Of a DNA stretch of 64,000 nucleotides, positions 59,532 to 64,000 are shown piece after piece. The translations under genes and the position numbers were made by a program. The DNA is from an uncultured Nitrospiraceae bacterium. GTDB taxonomy: Bacteria; Nitrospirota; Thermodesulfovibrionia; Thermodesulfovibrionales; Dissulfurispiraceae. The stretch is taken from positions 32,001 through 96,000 of the forward strand of contig CAMTVO010000010.1 in the NCBI GenBank assembly GCA_947085205.1, read 5' to 3'. The stretch's first letter is position 1, and every line of letters starts with the position of its first letter. Under the pieces are notes generated by a model, which saw only the letters and a list, made by a program, of their open reading frames with translations, was not told where the DNA came from and made no database searches.

Positions 59532-59778
59532 TCTGAATATCCTGCTGCAATTCTTCAGAACTTAATTCAAAAATAGGCACACCGTATCGTGAAAGTGATT
59601 GCAGAAAACTTACTCTTGGAATACCTGCAAGTTGAGCGGCCCGTCCTGAAGACAATCTGCGCATCTGGTACAGATGAACAGCAGCCAGCATACGGATTTC
59701 TCTTGAAAACTCTTCAGAGGGTTCCTTTAATGAGATTAACACTTCATCAGGGATATCCAAAACTATTTTTTCCATCAT
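59524..59778 (-). CDS. UPF0175 family putative antitoxin
   Basis: AAVHLY..LSSGRAAQLAGIPR..FL..L..YGV, ends D..NA. Confidence 0.85.
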   Translation of the reverse strand: MMEKIVLDIPDEVLISLKEPSEEFSREIRMLAAVHLYQMRRLSSGRAAQLAGIPRVSFLQSLSRYGVPIFELSSEELQQDIQNA

Positions 59779-59793
59779 GCACCTCTTTGGTGT

Positions 59794-60492
59794 TTATTTG
59801 TTTTCACTTTCAGTTTTTTCGACATTGTCTTTTTTTATAATTTTAGAATCACCGTCTTGGTTGTGCTGTGGATGATATTTACCATACGGCAATGAAGACA
59901 TGGTCATAAAATTTGCTTGTCTTGCTACAGGCATATAATCAGCAGCGGCTGTTTGAACGGCTGTTAGAACTACTTTAACAAGTAAGCCCGCTAAACCACC
60001 GGCACCGCCATCGCTTCCAGTGGTATCAAGCACCATAGTCCCATCATATTTCCATAAGTTTTCTCCAGAAATAGTAGACTTTAGTGCACAATCTACACTA
60101 ACTTTCACATTACCGCCTATAACATAATAAGATGTATCCCACTTTAAAATTTTGATATACATTACGGCATCAGCACCAAAATACTGCCTAAACTTCTGCG
60201 GAGGAGTATTTATTAGCAATTCTGTATCATAAAATCCTTCATTCTTTAATATCTCCGATGTAACCTCCATGGGGAATACATAATAACCCATTAAGCTAAG
60301 TGGTTCTGTTACTGTAACGCTATAATATTCTTTTGCATCCGCTGCAGTAGTCTGATTTATCGGAGGTAAAACTAAAATTGATAAAGGGCGGTCGGTATAC
60401 ATTTGCGGGAAAGCCTCTTTTTTAGTTGTATAGCTTGCACACCCTGCAGTAAAAATTAACACAAATAATATTAGTACTTTAAAGAGACGCAT
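59794..60492 (-). CDS. DUF799/GNA1162 family lipoprotein
   Basis: Lipobox TAGC, PLSILVLPPINQT, GYYVFP, FGADAV, LPYG.YH. Confidence 0.8.
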   Translation of the reverse strand: MRLFKVLILFVLIFTAGCASYTTKKEAFPQMYTDRPLSILVLPPINQTTAADAKEYYSVTVTEPLSLMGYYVFPMEVTSEILKNEGFYDTELLINTPPQKFRQYFGADAVMYIKILKWDTSYYVIGGNVKVSVDCALKSTISGENLWKYDGTMVLDTTGSDGGAGGLAGLLVKVVLTAVQTAAADYMPVARQANFMTMSSLPYGKYHPQHNQDGDSKIIKKDNVEKTESENK

Positions 60493-60896
60493 TATATACC
60501 CTCCTTTTTCTTTGCTGTTTCAGAACTGCTAATGTTAGCATTACTCGATTTGTCACTTTTATTTAGATATGATTTAAGGTTTTGCATAAACACAGCCGAT
60601 TCTGGGTATGTCTTTTCCTCGAGATCAAAATATTTTAACGCCTCATCTTTTTTTCCTTTCTTTAAGAGGATAAATCCATATTCACAATAAACACCGGGAG
60701 GAACCCTCAAGTCTTTTTCTTTAGAATTTTCCATGATGGCTACAAGCATTTCTTTGTGTTTTTGCAAGTTTTCATCTGTAGGGTCTTTTTTATACTTGTA
60801 AAGCGAAAAGGGATACCGCTCCCAATTGTATAATTGCTGTTTAGCGCAGCCTGAAATTAAAAAACCTATTAAAAGGAAAAGAAGCAATTTTTTCAT
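60492..60896 (-). CDS. DUF4810 family lipoprotein
   Basis: Lipobox ISGC, LYNW..Y, VPPG, EEKTYPES. Confidence 0.8.
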   Translation of the reverse strand: MKKLLLFLLIGFLISGCAKQQLYNWERYPFSLYKYKKDPTDENLQKHKEMLVAIMENSKEKDLRVPPGVYCEYGFILLKKGKKDEALKYFDLEEKTYPESAVFMQNLKSYLNKSDKSSNANISSSETAKKKEGI

Positions 60897-61234
60897 GGCA
60901 CAAAAACCTCCATAATAGCCTGATTTTCTAATAATAAAATTCTGTTTACAACTATAACTCCATCTTTATAAATTTTTATCGTATGTTTCCCGGGTGAAAG
61001 CTGATATAAGTTGTCTTCAGGAGATTTTTTTTCCGTCGTTCCGGTTTCGCTGTTGCTAACAATAAAACTTTCGAGCTTAAATTGTGCTGTATCATCGATC
61101 TGAACTAATGCATTCTGCCAATTGCCTACAAACTTGAGATAACTTTTTTCTGCTTTCTGTATAATTCCTTCTTTATATCCACATGAGCTTAAAAAAAACA
61201 ATAATACAAAATATATAAGAATTATTTTTTTCAT
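60893..61234 (-). CDS. Hypothetical lipoprotein
   Basis: Lipobox LSSC, PGKHTIKI; GGAGG RBS. Confidence 0.7.
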   Translation of the reverse strand: MKKIILIYFVLLFFLSSCGYKEGIIQKAEKSYLKFVGNWQNALVQIDDTAQFKLESFIVSNSETGTTEKKSPEDNLYQLSPGKHTIKIYKDGVIVVNRILLLENQAIMEVFVP

Positions 61235-61247
61235 TCTATCCTCCAAA

Positions 61248-62198
61248 TTATTTTTCAAGCATGTACAAATCAGCAAAGTTATAAGCAGCCATATTCCCTT
61301 CTAATAAAGTACAAATAGAAATTTCATTATTCGGATCGTCTCCTGTTGTAGACAAGACCTTGAGTTTTGCGACTGGCTGCCCGGGGAGTTCAATAATCAT
61401 CCCCGTTTGTGGGTTTTTAACTTTATTGCCTTTTTTATAGACGGTAAATACATCTCCCTCTTTTATTCCTTGAGCCTTGCCTCCGGAAATTATATAATTG
61501 CTGCTTTCTTGGGAAAGGATATATGCTTTCCATGGTTTATCTAAAAGTTTTTCTACGACGTTGTTTGACAGCTTAGATATTGCTGCAGAAATAGCTTTGT
61601 CATTTAAACTGGAATCATAATCTGCTCTGGCCCCTATCCCCATAACAGACCCTGCCTCGGAGAAAGCCTGCCCATCCCCTTCTTCTGAATAAATAATCTG
61701 GCCTGTCTGAACATCTATCAATCTTACGTTTACTTTAGCGTATGCCTCCTGCTTTTTTACACGGCTGAACCAGCCTACATCGCTTGTTGTTTTCCTTCCA
61801 AATTCTGAAACAGATCCAATGATTAAGTAATCTGCTGGAATATTTAAAGAGGCTAAGTTACCTATTTTTAGTTCTTTATTAATTTTTTCAATATCGGCTC
61901 TTTCAAGCAAGATAAACTTGTCTGTAGCTGCAAGTTTTGCCGACAATATGTCCATAGCCTGTTTTCCTATCTGATCTTTATTTTCATCTACAAAAAAACC
62001 TTTCCCGTATATTGTTTCGTTAGTAAACCGTGCTATGGCTACCTTTCTTTTAAGCATTCTTACAGCCGGTTTTTCGAGGACTTTGCTGACTTGCGGTTTT
62101 TGTTCGATAATTTCAACTTCTTCTTTTTTTACGGTCGCACAGGACTGCAGTAAAAAAATTGCTACAAATAAAAAAATAACAACCAATCGCTGAAACAT
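61248..62198 (-). CDS. CsgG/HfaB family lipoprotein
   Basis: Lipobox LQSC, VAIARF, FILLER, GSVSEFG, VRLIDVQTGQI. Confidence 0.85.
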   Translation of the reverse strand: MFQRLVVIFLFVAIFLLQSCATVKKEEVEIIEQKPQVSKVLEKPAVRMLKRKVAIARFTNETIYGKGFFVDENKDQIGKQAMDILSAKLAATDKFILLERADIEKINKELKIGNLASLNIPADYLIIGSVSEFGRKTTSDVGWFSRVKKQEAYAKVNVRLIDVQTGQIIYSEEGDGQAFSEAGSVMGIGARADYDSSLNDKAISAAISKLSNNVVEKLLDKPWKAYILSQESSNYIISGGKAQGIKEGDVFTVYKKGNKVKNPQTGMIIELPGQPVAKLKVLSTTGDDPNNEISICTLLEGNMAAYNFADLYMLEK

Positions 62199-62348
62199 AA
62201 ACTCCTCCCGATTAATATTAGCTTCAGGCAATGTAACTTGCTGGTAACTATGAGGAAGTATATCATAAAACTTTTTCAATGGAAAGCGCAGAATAATATC
62301 GCAGAAATCTATTGGTCAATAGGTTAAGACATCATCGGAAAACAGGAT

Positions 62349-62402
62349 AATGGGTTCAGTTGTTTCAAAGGGTCAAACTAAAGCGGAACAACTGAACCCA
62401 TT
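62349..62402. terminator. 16-bp inverted repeat downstream of the aldolase
   Basis: aatgggttcagttgtt ... aacaactgaacccatt. Confidence 0.5.
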
Positions 62403-62425
62403 CATTATTATTATTGTTCTTGAAA

Positions 62426-63784
62426 TTACAATCCCAGCAGGTCTGTATTTATCTCCTTTTTAACAACCACAGGCTTCACTGTCCTTTTCACAATGTCCAC
62501 AGTATTCATAACCCTCAGCTTCTCAAACAATAGTCCGAACTTTGCCTCAAGCTCTTTCATTATAGGCTCTTTTACGCTTGATGGCAAATCCCACCACTTC
62601 TTTTTCATAGCGCCGAATCCTTTTTTCCTTACACTGTAGAAGAACTGCTCGTCTGTCTGTCCTTCTTTCCTTTCTTTGGCGCATTCCTGCTTCAGGTATT
62701 CATAAATCTCATTCTTAAAATCAGCAGGAAGATGATTGCTGTCATAAATAATATTCTGGAAGCCTGTTGCCAAATGAACTTCCGAAGTGCTTGTCTCAGG
62801 GAACATATGAAATGCCTCCTCTGGAAGGGTTGATGCTCCGTGCTGTACACAGCCCGAAAGCCCGTACTCCTTTCTCGCGAGGTCTGACAGCTGCCTTAAT
62901 GTGTCGAAGTCTATCTTTACCTTTGCAAGGCTTCCGTCTGGAAGGACAACTCCACCGTGACTGGTGCCTGTCTGGACACTGAGCTTGCTCAGACCCTTTG
63001 TCCCCTTGAAGGTCTCTCTAAATCCGTCAAGATATGCCCTTAATTCATCGGGATTGCTGTTTTTGCCGCCGATTTCGCCGATTTCACCGCCTATGGATAT
63101 TTCCACGCCAGACGGCTGTAATTGTCTTACATGTTCTGATAGCTCCGCGGTCTTTTCGAAATTCGGCCGCTGCTGCTCCTTTGTCGTAGGCTTATCAAGG
63201 TCAACGAGAGTGGAAGAGTCGATGTCTATATTATAGAACTCAGCCTCTACTGCCTCTGCTATAAGCCCTTTTACATAGTTTGTTTCGAGATCAGGGCCGC
63301 TCAGATAATTCTTCCTCACAAGCTGAAAGTGGTCACCCTGTACAAATACAGGACCTTCAAATCCCTCTCTTACTGCAGCGGCAAGGACAACGGTTGCATA
63401 TTCCAGGGGTTTTTGTTTTGTGTATCCAATCTCTGAGCGCGCAATCTCGAATATCAATGCACCAACATTCATCTCCAGCGCCTTTCTGAATATTGCCCTT
63501 GCAACATCATAGGTGAGTCCCCTGATATTTATTGCAGGTACTGTAAATCCGGGATAGTTCCTTCCCATATCTTCGTACAATCCCTGAATAGATGCAGGCA
63601 CAGCGCCGCATGCCTTTGCGACTTCCCTGACAATGGTAAAGAGCGCTTTTCTCTTTTCGTCGTCCGCTTCGAAAACAGCTTCATAAATAAGGCTGTCCAT
63701 GAGGTTTTTGACAGCATTTTTGTCTTTAACGGAAACAGAACCGTCTTTGATTTCGATAATATCTCTTAGCCCTTTTAAAGACAT
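62426..63784 (-). CDS. Class II fructose-bisphosphate aldolase family
   Basis: VPAIN, QGDH, DIDSS, GTSHGG, QHGASTLP, HLAT. Confidence 0.85.
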   Translation of the reverse strand: MSLKGLRDIIEIKDGSVSVKDKNAVKNLMDSLIYEAVFEADDEKRKALFTIVREVAKACGAVPASIQGLYEDMGRNYPGFTVPAINIRGLTYDVARAIFRKALEMNVGALIFEIARSEIGYTKQKPLEYATVVLAAAVREGFEGPVFVQGDHFQLVRKNYLSGPDLETNYVKGLIAEAVEAEFYNIDIDSSTLVDLDKPTTKEQQRPNFEKTAELSEHVRQLQPSGVEISIGGEIGEIGGKNSNPDELRAYLDGFRETFKGTKGLSKLSVQTGTSHGGVVLPDGSLAKVKIDFDTLRQLSDLARKEYGLSGCVQHGASTLPEEAFHMFPETSTSEVHLATGFQNIIYDSNHLPADFKNEIYEYLKQECAKERKEGQTDEQFFYSVRKKGFGAMKKKWWDLPSSVKEPIMKELEAKFGLLFEKLRVMNTVDIVKRTVKPVVVKKEINTDLLGL

Positions 63785-63871
63785 AAAATCCTCCTGAAAG
63801 AATTTTTGAAACTATTATACCAAATCCCGCCGCATTTGACATTACACTTGACAACAAGAAATAATTAAAAC

Positions 63872-64000
63872 ATGAGCCGGAGATATAACACATTCGGGCC
63901 GTATCTCAAGAATAAATTCGGCGCTGTAGTTTACAAGGTAAATGTCGATGCAGGCTTCACCTGTCCGAACAGGGACGGCGTTTTGGGGGTAACAGGCTGT
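63872..64000 (+). CDS. YhcC-like radical SAM protein, 5' part
   Basis: MSRRYNTFGPYLKNKFG..YKVNVDAGFTCPNRDG..G.TGC. Confidence 0.85.
   Translation, partial: MSRRYNTFGPYLKNKFGAVVYKVNVDAGFTCPNRDGVLGVTGC

Overview
Bacterial chromosome segment, most likely from a sulfate/sulfur-metabolising Nitrospirota (Thermodesulfovibrionia-like) organism. This is inferred from gene content and protein style, not from a database search. In order, it carries: (1) the end of a cobalamin cluster (cbiA tail, cbiX-cbiC, cbiG-cbiH and a ThiC-family gene that looks like bzaF); (2) a dsrH/E/F-like + tusA operon converging on a reductive dsr cluster (dsrA-B-D-N, a DVU0298-like gene, dsrC-M-K, a two-heme DsrJ-like gene and a ferredoxin, with no dsrT/O/P); (3) smc, an RRM protein, a glcD-like gene, rlmN, four tRNAs and ribBA; (4) a ~10 kb cyclic-nucleotide signalling cassette lying between ribE and ribBA; (5) lepB/lepA, a ROK kinase, bamA-skp-lpxD-fabZ-lpxA-lpxI, hemB, lptFG, deoC and pfk; (6) a CsgG-lipoprotein cassette with a decayed toxin-antitoxin pair, then a class II aldolase. 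Four things stand out. About 25-30 short degenerate 7/8-nt tandem-repeat tracts are scattered through the window, often as complementary arm pairs and often inserted in frame in housekeeping proteins; one tract contains a clean 24-nt nested insertion. One tRNA has full His identity (G-1:C73) but a GTT (Asn) anticodon. The signalling cassette looks like a self-contained CHASE2-cyclase/GAF/HD-GYP/PDE/FecR/TPR-barrel/PilB module. There are several MITE-like elements. All calls are by eye from sequence and motif recall.
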